A stretch of 64,000 nucleotides of DNA, from NCBI RefSeq assembly GCF_009914755.1, contig NC_060936.1; one strand, given 5' to 3'. Shown piece by piece: positions 22,572 to 34,914 of this stretch; the stretch's first letter is position 1; the number at the start of each line of letters is the position of its first letter. This DNA is from the human T2T-CHM13v2.0 reference genome, Homo sapiens. The notes under the pieces are model-generated. The model saw nothing but the letters and a program-made list of their open reading frames with translations. It made no database searches and was not told where the DNA came from. A program made the position numbers and the translations under genes.

Positions 22572-23623
22572 TTCTCATAAAGCAACCTTTTTCAGTTACC
22601 GGCTCCTATCTCCACCCTGACTCCCTCCCAGGTTACCAGCTCCTATCTCCACCCTGACTCCCTCTGGGTTACTGGCTCCTATCTCCACCCTGACTCCCTC
22701 CAGGTTACCGGCTCCTATCTCCACCCTGACTCCCTCCAGGTTACCGGCTCCTATCTCCACCCTGACTCCCTCCGGGTTACCGGCTCCTTTCTCCACCCTG
22801 ACTCCCTCCCAGGTTACCAGCTCCTATCTCCACCCTGACTCCCTCTGGGTTACTGGCTCCTATCTCCACCCTGACTCCCTCCAGGTTACCGGCTCCTATC
22901 TCCACCCTGACTCCCTCCGGGTTACCGGCTCCTTTCTCCACCCTGACTCCCCCCGGGTTACCGGCTCCTTTCTCCACCCTGACTCCCCCCGGGTTACCGG
23001 CTCCTTTCTCCACCCTGACTCCCCCCGGGTTACCGGCTCCTTTCTCCACCCTGACTCCCTCTGGGTTACCGGCTCCTTTCTCCACCCTGACTCCCTCTGG
23101 GTTACCGGCTCCTTTCTCCACCCTGACTCCCTCTGGGTTAACGGCTCCTTTCTCCACCCTGACTCCCTCTGGGTTACCAGCTCCTTTCTCCACCCTGAAT
23201 CCCTCCGGGTTACCGGCTCCTATCTCCACCCTGACTCCCTCCGGGTTACCGGCTCCTATCTCCACCCTGACTCCCTCCAGGTTACCGGCTCCTTTCTCCA
23301 CCCTGACTCATTCTGATTTCCTTCTCTGTCATAACCATTTTTTCCCACCAAACCACTCACTCCAACTTTTTAAATTAGCCAATCAGAATTAGTTTAGCCT
23401 ATGTGGTCTAACCCTAGCCAATAGGGGAACAACACAGCAGCAGGGGCTACATGTGTCAGGGGTAAGAACCCCTTCCCCTTCCTTGTTCAAGTGTGTGCTC
23501 ACCATTGTTCCATCTATGAGGCTGTACCCTTCTCTAGAAGCAAATAGCCTTGCTGAGGATTAAAAAGAAAATTTTATATTCCAGTGCTATTTCTTTTGAA
23601 GCACCAAAACTTCAGTTATAACA
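22572..23623 (+). promoter_or_regulatory. 5' LTR10, 5'-truncated, with expanded tandem repeat
   Basis: Aligns to the 3' LTR from 'aagcaacctttttca' to 'ttataaca'; two CCAAT boxes (about 23379 and 23418). Confidence 0.9.
22595..23310 (+). repeat. Minisatellite, 20 x 36 bp (gttaccggctcctwtctccaccctgactccctccrg)
   Basis: Counted directly: 20 units; units 1 and 6 are 37 bp; unit 20 starts at 23281. Confidence 0.97.
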
Positions 23624-23626
23624 ATT

Positions 23627-23644
23627 TGGGGGCCCATCCAGGAT
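23627..23644 (+). other. Primer-binding site, tRNA-Pro-like
   Basis: TGGGGGCCCATCCAGGAT versus Pro TGGGGGCTCGTCCGGGAT (15/18). Confidence 0.8.
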
Positions 23645-24020
23645 TACGTTCCCCTCCAGGGGTGGTCTCTGGTTCTCTCTCATGAGGCATGCCCCACCCC
23701 TTTGTGGCGGCCTCAGGGGCAAGAAATCGGGACCCACCCAGTGTGAGGAATAACCTGAGCTCTCTGCAATGTGGAAAGAAATCGGCTGGCAACCTAGGGT
23801 AAAGGATCCTCCATAACAGCCACGCAAGTCTGTGCACAGACTGAGGAAAATACACCATAACCACGGGAGCCAGCAAAGTATTTCCTTAGTGGTCGGGACC
23901 AAGATAAGAAAGCCACAGCGGGGCAGTGAAGTATTCCCTGGTTGGGGTGGCTTAGAGGTGAAAACGAGGTGAGATATCCCCACTGGGGGGATCGAACCTT
24001 ACACAAACCTCCAGTAGTAG

Positions 24021-24149
24021 AAAAGGCAAGAAATTTCCAGTGGGGGCAATTGAGCCTCACCCCAAAAGGCAAGAAATTTCCAGTAGGGGAAATTGAGCCT
24101 CACCCCAAAAGGTGAGAAATTTCCAGTAAGGGAAATTGAAGCTTACTCC
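24021..24149 (+). repeat. 3 x 43-bp tandem repeat in the proviral leader
   Basis: aaaaggcaagaaatttccagtrggggmaattgagcctcacccc repeated just before the gag ATG. Confidence 0.9.
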
Positions 24150-24161
24150 AAAACCATCAAG

Positions 24162-25840
24162 ATGGGAAATACCCCAAGCAAGACAGGGAGCAAGAGGGAT
24201 AAAGATGGTAACAAAGATATTTCCCCAGATAGTCCCTAGGTCTCATGTTAAAATACTGGAAGGATAATGAAAGGACTAAACATAGGAAAAAGCAACAAAT
24301 GATAAAATATTGCTCTTTTGTTTGAACTCAGGGACCAATCCTAAACCCTCAATCTTCTGGCCAAAGTTTGGGTTGAATGAGGATGTAACGTGTCAGCTTC
24401 TAATCCGATATGCTAATGATAAAAATCCAGTGTCTCAAGAAGAACTAGGCTAAGCCCTTTGTTGGAGGCAAAGACCTGCCTTCCTTTTCCCCTTAAAAAC
24501 AAATAGGGAAGAACCCAATCTGGCACCTCAAAATGAGAAGTCAGAGGAGCCAGCTCTCATGCCTAAAGACTCCAGTACATGGTATCCCCTAGACCATCTT
24601 CCCCCACTCAGTGTCCCCAATCTTTCCCTTTAGGCAGCCACTGCTGCCTCAGATCCCATCCCAAATCTCCCCTCTACTCATGTTATCCCTTCTCCTTATA
24701 ACCTTGACTCTTGGGAATTACCATCCCACCAGCCAGTTCTGTCCCAACCTAAATACCCCTCTCTAAGAGGACTCCACCATGAGGTAGCACAATGTAAAAA
24801 AGATATTCAGAATTTCCCATTTCCCTCTGTACCTAAGGGGTCAGCCCCAACCCTCTTCCCTTTGAAAGAGATACCACAAGGGGGGTGGGGGGAGGGCGTT
24901 GGCTTTGTAAATGCTCCCTTAACCAGTTCAGAAGTCTGGAATTTTAAAAAGGAGCTTAAACCACTATTAGATGACCCTTATGGAGTGGCAGACCAAAGTG
25001 ACCAATTCTTAGGACATCATTTATACACTTGGATCAAGTTAATGTCCATCTTGGGCATGCTCTTTTCAGGGGAAGAAAGGAGTATCATTCGTAGGGCTGC
25101 TATGGTAGTTTGGGAACGTGAGCACCCTCCTGGTGAAAACGTTCCTACCTCAGACCAGAAATTCCCCACCTGACACCCCGGGTGGGACAATGCTGCAGAT
25201 CACTGGGAAAATATGCAGAACATAAGGGAGTTAATAAAAGGAATTTGGGAATCAGTACCCCAAACCCAAAATCTTTCTAAAACATTTGATATATAACAGG
25301 AAAATGATGAAGGGCCTATGAGATTCCTAGACAGACTGAGGGAGCAAATGAGGCAATATGCAGGCCTCAGTTTGGATGATCCCCTTGGGCAAGGAATGTT
25401 GAAACTCCAATTTGTCACAAAAAGTTGGCCAGACATTTCAAAAAAGTTACAAAAGAGACAATTAGGGGACAGTCTTCCCAAGTGTATATGTGAAAAGGGA
25501 CGAAGAAAAACAAACAGAAGACAAAACTTATGTTTTCTACCTTCCAAACAATGGCTCCAAACCCAGGTACTTCTAAGACAGTTTCCAGGGAGCCAGAAAC
25601 TATAAAGGGTCCGAACCCTCTTTTAAAGGACCCCAGCCTCCATCTGGAGGACCAAGGTTCTCATCTACCAGGACCCCTAAAGAGTATGGGGGAACAGAGT
25701 TAAAGAATCCCTGAACTAAGACGGAGGAAGGACAAGATAGGTGCTATAGATGTGGCAGAACAGGCCACTTCAAGAGAGGATGTCCTGAACTAAGAAAGGA
25801 GAAAGAAGCCCTTCGACTCATGACTTTTGAGGAAAAATAG
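24162..25840 (+). pseudogene. gag: HERV-I-like gag, disrupted
   Basis: MGNTPSK start; capsid-like segments (DDPYGVADQ, MRFLDRLREQM); single knuckle CYRCGRTGHFKRGC near 25743; TAG followed by an MLV-like 'gggggtcaggggc' readthrough context. Confidence 0.88.
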
Positions 25841-28800
25841 GGGGGTCAGGGGCTCTTTTATCTTGAGTCCCATCAGAAGCCTTTGATAAATTTGGAGGTG
25901 GGACCTAAACATGAGCTTATCACCTTTTCAAGTTGATTCAGGGGCCACTTGCTCCTCTGTTCCCCACCCCCCCAGTCTAATGTTGTCTCCTCCTCAGAGG
26001 AACTTTTAGTCTCATGGGGTAAAAGAGGAAGGATTTAGAGCAAAAATTTTAGAAAGCACAGAAGTTAGATACCAGGATCTGTCAGCTCATATTCTGTTCT
26101 TGTTAATCCCTGAAGCAGGAACTAATTTACTGGGGAGGGATTTAATCTTAAAGTTAGGGATAGGTTTACAAGTCAGCCCAAGAGGATTCCTTACCTCATT
26201 AAACCTACTCACCACTGCAGATGAAAAATATATTAATCCTAATGTCTGGTCCAAAGAAGGAAACTGAGGGAAACTCCAAGTCCCTCTGATCCACATCAAG
26301 CTAAAAACCCCTGGAGAAGTAGTAAGAAGGAAGCAGTACCCTAATTCCCCTAGAAGGTAGGATAGGGTTGAAACCTATAATTGAAGGCTTTATTAAGGAT
26401 GGGCTTCTCAAGCCCTGTATGTCCCCTTATAACACCCCAATACTGCCAGTCAAGAAATCAGACAGGTCATACTGGCTAGTACAGGACCTTAGAGCTATTA
26501 ACCAAATAGTCCAGACTACCCACCCCATTGTCCTGAATCCTTACACCATTTCTCAGCAAGATTCCATATAATCAATGGTTTACTGTAATAGATTTAAAGG
26601 ATGTTTTTGGGCATGTCTCCTGGCTGAAGATAGCTGAGATACGTTTGCTTTTGAGTGGGAAGATCCCCACTCAGGGTGAAAACAATAATATTGATGGACA
26701 GTCTTGCCCCAAGAGTTCACAGACTCCCCTAATCTTTTTGGCCAGATTTTAGAAGTATTAGAAAAAGTTGTCATCCCAGAACAAATATGCCTTCTCCAGT
26801 ATGTGGACGACATTCTTATAGCTGGTGAAGATATAGAGAAGGTCATTGACTTCTCTACACACATTCTTAACCATCTGCAGTTTGAGGGGCTACGAGTTCA
26901 AAAAGAAAGCGTCAGTATGTAGAGCCCAAAGTTAAATATTTAGGCCACTAAATAAGTGCAGGCAAGCGAAGAATAGGGCCTGAATGAATTGAGGGAATCG
27001 TTTCCCTACCCTTGCCTCAAACTAAACAAGAACTCAGGAAATTTTTAGGGTTAATTGGATACTGCTGCTTATGGATTGACTCATCTGCACTGCACAGTAA
27101 ACTGTTGTATCAAAAACTTGCCCAGAAGAAGCCTAACCATCTCCTGTGGATTTCTGAGGAAGCTGATCAAGTTGAGAAATTGAAGGAAAGGCTCATAACT
27201 GCCCCTGTTTTAGCCTTACCCTCCCTAGAAAAGCCATTCCACCTTTTTGTCAATGTGGACAGTGGGGTAGCTTTAAGAGTGCTGACTCAAGAACAGGCCA
27301 CCGGCAGCCTGTAGCCTTCCTATCAAAGGTCTCAGATCCAGTCACTCGTGGATGGCCCCAGTGCACCCAGTCCATCACAGCTATAGCTATACTAGTCAAG
27401 GAAAGCAGAAAGTTAACCTTTGGAAGAAAATTGACAGTAAGCCCACCTCACCAAATTAGAACTATCCTAAATCAGGGAGCAGGGAGATGGCTTACTGATT
27501 AGAGACTTTTAAAGTATGAGGCCATTTTGTTAGAAAAGGAAGATTTAACATTGACCACGATAATTCACTCAACTCAGCAGGTTTCCTAACAGAGAATCCA
27601 AATCTAAGGAGAGAACACACGTGTTTAGATTTAATTGATTACCAAACAAAGGTTTGACCAGGCATAGGAGAAACCCCCTTCTGGACTGGATGGCACTTAT
27701 TCATAGACTGTTCCTCCCGGGTGATTGAGGGAAAAAGACACAATGGGCATTCAGTGATTGATGGAGAAACTCTCGTGGAAATAGAGTCAGGAAAATTGCC
27801 CAACAATTGGTCTGCTCAAACATGTGAGCTGTTTGCACTCAGCCAAGCCTTAAAGTACTTACAGAACCAGGAAGGAACCATCTATACCAATTCCAGGTAT
27901 GCCTTTGGAGTGGCCCATACATTTGGGAAAATTTGGACTGAATGAGGTCTCAACAGTAAAGGTCATGTCCTTGTTCACAAGGAGCGAATCACCCAAGTAT
28001 TGAATATCTTCACAGTTGCAGGAAGAAATAGCTATTGTCCATGTTCCTGGATACCAGAAAAGCCTTTCTTTTGAAAGTCAAGGAAATAACCTAGCAGATC
28101 AGGTAGCCAAGCAGGCTGCTGCGTCTTTTGAAATGCATATTTTTCACTTAACTCCCTACCTCCCTCCTCCTACCGTAATCCCCATTTTCTCTTCCACTGA
28201 AAAAGAAAAACTAATAAAAATAGGCGCTAAAGAGAATTCAGAAGGAAAATAGATATTGCCAGACCAGAGAGAAATGTTGTCTAAACCACCTCTTATGAGG
28301 GAAGTCTTCTCCCAACTACATCAGGGGACTCAGTGGTGGCCCCAGGCCATATGTGATGCCGTTCTCAGAGTTTATGGTTGTTTGGGAATTTATACCCTGG
28401 CCAAACAGGTTATACAGATAGTTGCTTAGTATGTAAGAAAACTAATAAACTATAAAAAAAAGTTACCTCTCAGGGGAAGGAATCCAGGCTTAAGGCCATT
28501 CCAAAGTATCCAAGTTGATTACACAGAAATGCCTCCAATAGGTCCTCTAAAATATTTACTAGTGATAGTAGACCACCTCACTCACTGGGTTGAAGCTATC
28601 CCCTTTTCAAATGCAACAACCAATAATGTAGTTAAGGCCCTAATTGAAAATATAGTACCCAGTTTTGGACTAATAGAAAATATTGACCCAGACAATGGAA
28701 CTCATTTCACTGCACATATTATTAAAAAGCTATCCCAAACATTAGACATTAGATGGGAACACCATACTCCCTGGCACACACCCTCATCAAGGATAGTAGA

Positions 28801-29328
28801 AAGAATGAATCAGACTCTAAAGAACCACTTAACCAAATTAGTCTTAGAGACTTGATTGCCATGGACCAAGTGTCTACCTATTGCCCTGCTAAGAACCCGA
28901 ACTGCACCATGGAAACATACTGGTCTTTCTCCTTATAAGATGCTCTACAGATTGCCTTATTTACACTCCACCGCTGATATTCCTACCTTTGAAACAAAAG
29001 ATCAGTTCCTTAAAACTTATGTATTTGGTCTATCTTCTACTTTCTCTCCTCTTAAAACTAAAGGTCTATTAGCACAGGCACCACTCTTGGAATTCCCAGT
29101 GCATCAAACAGCCTGGGGATCACATCCTCATCAAGAGCTAGAAAGAGGAGAAGCTTGAGCCAGCCTGGGAAGGTCCTTACTTAGTGCTCCTAACTACTGA
29201 AACCACAGTCCACACAGCAGAGAGGGTGGACTCAGCATATTGGAGTCAAGAAGGTGCCACCCCCTCCAGAGTCATGGGCCATAGTCCCAGGGGAAAACCC
29301 TACCAAACTAAAGCTAAGAAGAATTTAA
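25841..29328 (+). pseudogene. pol: HERV-I-like pro-pol, disrupted
   Basis: VDSGA protease; SPYNTPILPVKK, LVQDLRAIN and QYVDDIL (RT); SAQTCEL and YTNSRYAFG (RNase H); IQVDYTEM, DNGTHF and VERMNQTLK (integrase). Confidence 0.93.
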
Positions 29329-31287
29329 CTCTTTCATCTATTCTATTACTCTTTCTTCTTTCTTCACTCTATCGCTGACCATCTGTAGTTATTAACATAA
29401 CTAAGACAATTTCGCCTCAAACTATTGCATTTGATGCTTGCCTCGTTATACTCTGTGGGGACTTGTCAAGTCAAAGACAGCTCTCTACTTCAGAAAAGTA
29501 CCTCTGTCCCTCCTTGCTCTCCTCAGACTGGGCATTAGTGAATTGAGACCATTTAATCTGGGGAGATTTTGATAAAGACCCCAGTGCCAACTAGGAGTCT
29601 TGCCTCCCTGATGTAGAGCTTTTATGCCGTAGTTGGTCTGATGTTCTGTGGATCACCAAACAGCAAGGATGGACTGCCCCAGTTTGTAATTTCTTAAAAT
29701 CATACATTCATTTTACCAAAGGGACAGCCCCCACTGTCAGCTAAACCAGTACAATCCTATACAGGTTATTATCTCAAGCCCCCAAAGTTCTTCCCCTTTT
29801 CTAAGCTGGTTCCCTTCTTTAAGCCAGTTTTATTGTATGGGGGCTGAGGTTTCAGGGACAGACCCTATTGGATTCTTTGAAGTGTGTTTCTTTGATCCCC
29901 TGCCACCTGCACCTTCCTCTAAGCCTCCTTCCAAAACCTCTTACAACTGAACCATTGTTCCTCCTCCATCTAACAAGGCCAAGATAGTGATGGTAGAAGT
30001 TAAAGACTTAAAACTTTGGCAATTGAGACAGGATACCAAGATGCAAATGCCTGGTTGGAATGGATCAAATATTCCATCCGCACATTAAACAAAAGCAATT
30101 GTTATGCTTGTGCACATCACAGGCCAGAGGCCCAGATTGTCCCCTTTCCACTAGGGTGGTCCTCCAGTCGACTGGGGGTGGGCTGCCTGGTAGCTCTTTT
30201 CCAGGATTCTACAGCCTAGGGTAAAAAGTGGTGCCAAGCTGTCTCTCTGCTATATCCTGAAGTCTGACACCCTGCGGGTCAGCCCCTGAGGACCATCCAG
30301 CTTCTGTATCCCAACACCAAGTTCACTTTGTGTCTCTCACGACAGGGAAGAAACTTAGCGTTCCTTGGGGACCTGAGGGGATGCAGTGAGCTTAAGAATT
30401 TTCAAGAGCTTATCAATCAGCCCTTGTTCACCCCCAAGCGGATGTGTGGTGGTATTGTGGTGGACCTTTACTGGACACTCTGCTGAATAACTGGAGTGGC
30501 AACTTGTACTTTAGTCCAATGGGCTATCCCTTTCACCCTGGCATTTCATCAACCAGAGGAAGGAAAAATAAGACATCGTAAAGCTAGAGAAGCCCCTTAT
30601 GGGTCTTTTGACTCTCACATCAATTTAGACACAACTGGAGTCCCACAGGGGATACCAGATCAATTTAAAGCCCGAAATCAAATAGCTGCAGGATTTGAGT
30701 CAATATTTTGGTGGTAACAAAAATTTAGATCGGATAAACTACATCTATTACAACCAACAGCAATTAACTACACTAGAGTTGCTGTTAAAAGAATAGCTGA
30801 ACAATTAGGGGCTACTAGCCAGATGGCTCGGGAAAATAGGATAGCCTTAGACATGACATTAGCAGAAAGAGGAAGAGTTTGCATCATGATTAAAACTCAA
30901 TGTTGCACCTTCATCCCAGACACCACCACCCCTAATGGAAGTATAACAAAGGCATTGCAAGGTCTGACTGCTCTATCCAATGAGTTAGCCAGCAACTCAG
31001 GGGTAAATGACCCATTTACAGGATTGCTAGAAAAGTGGTTCAGTAAATGGAAAGGAATAATAGTCTCAATTCTTACCTCCCTCGCAGCCATAATAGGTAT
31101 ACTTATTTTTGTCGGGTGCTGTGTCATACCATGCATCCATGGGTTGCTGCAGAGGCTCATAGAAACAGCACTAACTAAAACCTCCCTTAACTATCCTCCA
31201 CCTTATCCAGAGAAGCTTCTTTTGGAAAATCAAGCAGAACGACTAAGCCAAGACATGTTAAACAAGTTTGGAGAGAAAGAGCTGTAA
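29274..31287 (+). pseudogene. env: HERV-I-like env, disrupted
   Basis: CYAC (CXXC) in SU; RHRKAR furin-like site; ENRIALDMTLAERG immunosuppressive-like domain; CIMIKTQCC (CX6CC); TM anchor IIVSILTSLAAIIGILIFVG. Confidence 0.9.
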
Positions 31288-31307
31288 GGAAATGCAAGAG
31301 GAGGGGC

Positions 31308-31852
31308 TGTTAGATATGAGTTCTAAATTTCTCTTCAAAAGAATGTCAGTATGTTCAATTCTTTGCGTTCTACTTTTAAACTTAACTTCCTTGTGAAGCA
31401 ACCTTTTTCAATCACTGCCCATCTCCACCCTGGCTCACTCTGGGTTACCAGCCCCCGTCTCTACCCTGGCTCATTCCAGGTTACCTGCTCATTCTCCACC
31501 CTCATTCCTGTTACCTGCTTATTCTCCATCCTGACTCATTCCGATTTCCTTCTCTGCCATAACCATTTTTCCCGCCAAACCACTCACCCCACCACTCTTT
31601 AAATTAGCCAATCAGAATTAGTTTAGCCTGTGCAGTCTAACCCTAGCCAATAGGGGTACGACACAGCAGAAGGGGCTATGTGTGTCAGGAATAAGAACCC
31701 CTTCCTCTCCCTTGTCCAAGTGTGCACTCACTACTGCTCCATCTGTGAGGGTACACCCTTCCCTAGAAGTAAATTGCCTTGCGGAAGATTAAAAAGAAAA
31801 TTTAATATTCGAGTGCTATTTCTTTTGCGGCACCAAAACTTTATTTATAACA
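31308..31852 (+). promoter_or_regulatory. 3' LTR10 (545 bp)
   Basis: tgttagatatgagttctaaatttc...ttataaca after PPT aagaggagggg; about 4 degenerate repeat units, one TGACTCA at 31532-31538. Confidence 0.92.
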
Positions 31853-34800
31853 TTATGACTGCTATTAGCACCACAGATTTGTAGGAGGGCTACTACTGTG
31901 TGACACTGTCCAGGCTGGAAGTAGGAATGTTATCTGGAGGCATTGCCCAGATTCTCCAGTGAACTTAATTGGATTTGAAGCTGGAGGAAGACTGCCAGCA
32001 TTTAGCTTCTCCCAGCATTCAGAGGGGGAAGGATGGGTTAAAGAGAGCTCCATGTGACAGCCCTGGAGATGGGCTGCTTGAATTGCTTTTCAAGGCAAGC
32101 CTTGCCATTCAGCTGTAGGATGGCAGGTAGCTGCAGTGCCTTTGGGATCCATCGCAGCACTTGTCACTGTGGTCTCCCCAAGCAAATCCAGCTGATGACT
32201 GAGCACAGTAGGGGTAGTAGTGCCTGGCCATTTCTGCCCAATGCAGCATAGCTTTGAGCAGTCTTTGGAGCACATCACTGGGGCTTCAGACCTTATATCT
32301 GCATCATGACCTGAGGCTCTCCTTGTCTGCTTTCTCTCCTTTAATCCTACATAGGTTTCACCCAACATCCAGAGAAAGTGTCCACTCTAACAGCTGGGTC
32401 CTCCAGTAAGCAGTTGCTAGCACAAATCAATGTACTTCCCAGGGAGAAATTGGGGTGGTAGGGTGCAGTACACAAGGGATCTGTGTATGCACAAGCGTGT
32501 ATAAAAGGTTTCAGATGCAACACCAGTTGTAGCCTTATGCCAAGCCTCCCTCCATCCTATTGATTTCACGCCCCATGCCCCCCCCCACCACCTCCCACAT
32601 CAGGCAGGACAAGCCTGCTCAGGTAGCCACACCTTCCCAGGGGGCTCAACCCCAGCCCCTCCTGAGGAATCTTTGAAGTGTAATTGCTGTCCCAGGATGT
32701 GCTGGTGCCGAAGAATATATCAAGATGCTAAATGCTAGCATTCTTCCTTCAGCTCCAGAGCCAAAACTAATACAAACACCCCATCCCCCCAGGTATTACT
32801 CTAATTCCATCAACAGGCTGACAAGGCCTGACCTCATCATGGGACCCCTCTGACTTATGGCCTTACCAACAGAGGCAGTGTCTTGAGACCTGAGCTAGAT
32901 ACCTGGTACCTACCTGGGAGGACAGTGGTTCAAGAGATGAGCAGCCACCCCAGACCTGCAGCTGGAAGTGCCATGGTCATCCTCAGGGAAGAGCCTTAAG
33001 CTGAGGGATTTTCTGGGTGGAAGGAAGAGAACAGAGTCAAGCTGTTTAGGGTAGACACATTACTTCTTGCATTGCCCTTTTCCCAAGTTAGCCGACTTGG
33101 GAAGAGGAAAAATCAATTCCAAATTGTTAGTAGCATGAAATGGAGGTAGTATGAGGTCTTGTCCCCTGTGCTACTCAGCTGACAAGCTCTGCTTTTTATT
33201 TTAGCAATATCATGAGAAGATTGAGCAGAGTTCCCACTAGGAAAAATGATAGGATCTTTAGCTTTACAGTAAATCATATATATAGAGGAAAGTATAGATT
33301 AGTATAGAACATGATGAATTTCAAAGTGAACCCTCAAGTACAGCCATAATTACACAAGTCACCCTATGTTGATTCGTTTAAGATCTGCTTTCCAGAAGCT
33401 TGTCCCATAAGCTTTCCTCCTACATGCAGATAAATCTCACCTGGTACATCTATTCTTTTATGAGGTTTTAAACTACCTGACAGGGGATGATCCCAGCACA
33501 TGGAGCCAGAGCTGGCTGCAACCCAGGGTCTTTTGGATTAGTAGATGATGATTGCTAACTAGATTGAAGGGTAATCCTGTCCTCACTTCCATGTTTCATT
33601 TCCATCACATGTGCTATTGATGCCAGACAGTTTGCTCTCAACTATGGATCTAAATAAATCCAGGTTCAAATCCCATCTCTACCTCTATTTTAAAACAAGT
33701 GCTAGGCCCATTTTAAAGTTAAACTGAGCTTAACAGCTACATCTATTCTCTACAAGTCTTTGAGGTATGCTTGGTCGCAGTGCTGGATAGAAAGCAAAGA
33801 GACCACATGGGTACCCTGTGCATTCCCATCATAGGGTCTGCTCTGGGACCTAGATGGAAGTTACCAGATGCTCTCGGGATCCACTAGTGGGGATCTTTCC
33901 ACTCAAGGAAGTGGAACTAGTGAGGGAAGGAAGTATATAAGGGTATAAATATCACATAAAGTCCCACAGAGGGTAACTGGCTCAATTCCACAGCAGAGCC
34001 CTGGAGACAACATACATCTCTTCAGTTGGCCTTGTGGGTGTGAGGGAGCTGGAGTATTCATACCTACCCCTGCATCCTTCAGTTGTTAGTTAAAAAGCAC
34101 CTGATTCTCCATGTGTGCAGTCAAGGCAGCCTGAGGCCCATCCTTCAACGATAGAGCACTGGCTGTTAAGAGGCAAAGTGTCGGGAGCCAGTGGCTGTGA
34201 AAATGGCAAAGAACCCAAGGGATGTAGAAAGAATCCCCGGGCATCTTCTGTATCCACAAAGAACAAGCCCTAGGATAGGAGATACTTCCAAGATGCTAAT
34301 TTCTGTTAATGAAGCAGCTGTCCCAGAATTGAGTTCAGATCCCTGCACCTTCAGCCTTTTAAGCCATAGTTTCGCCTGCTCGCATGCAGCTTTCTTTAAT
34401 TGTACAGAGAACCAGTCGGAGAACTACGTTCCAGTGAGAACTGAGAAAAACCAGGAATATTCTCACTGCATTGAGAATATCACACTTAATTTTTGATCTC
34501 TTGTCCACAAGGGGCTTTAATGTAGTAGTGGGGACAGGAGGTATAGAGTCGATGTCAGTCACAGCAGCAGAACAGAAAAGAACTTAAGCAGGAAGAGGCC
34601 CCAGCAGGAGAGTATCAATGATGGCAGCAATGGTGGTGAGATCGGATAGGACAACTGTATCAGGCACAATGTGGAGGGAATCTCCTTATGACTAAGGCAG
34701 GGAGACCACAGTAAAAATAGAGGCTCTAAGTATGCAGGGGCCACCCTAGTGCAGGGGATTCCAATGGTAGGGAGGATCATATACATTTCTGATACCAGAA

Positions 34801-34914
34801 AGGGTCAATCTTCCTCTCTATAGTCGAACACAGGCCAAAAATAGGCTGACAGCAGGATCTCTGAGTGGGTGTGCTGATTATTTGGTTTGCCTCCAGAGAT
34901 CTAGCCTATCATTT

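Larger units (their letters stand above)
22572..31852 (+). mobile_element. HERV-I/HERV-IP10-like provirus with LTR10 (A/F-like) LTRs, defective
   Basis: Two homologous LTRs, Pro-like PBS, gag-TAG-pro-pol, env and PPT; the left end and the TSD are missing. Confidence 0.92.

Noticed and set aside
22596-23301. Minus-strand ORFs encoding (VRVEKGAGNPEG)n
   Set aside because: A by-product of a 36-bp unit with no stop codon; no ATG start, and the frame breaks at the 37-bp units
22595-23310. CRISPR-like array of 36-bp repeats
   Set aside because: Units are head-to-tail with no unique spacers, there are no cas genes, and the context is a primate LTR
22595-23310. PRDM9 motif (CCNCCNTNNCCNC) or CpG island in the repeat
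   Set aside because: The unit did not match the 13-mer in the registers I tried, and CpG observed/expected is only about 0.3
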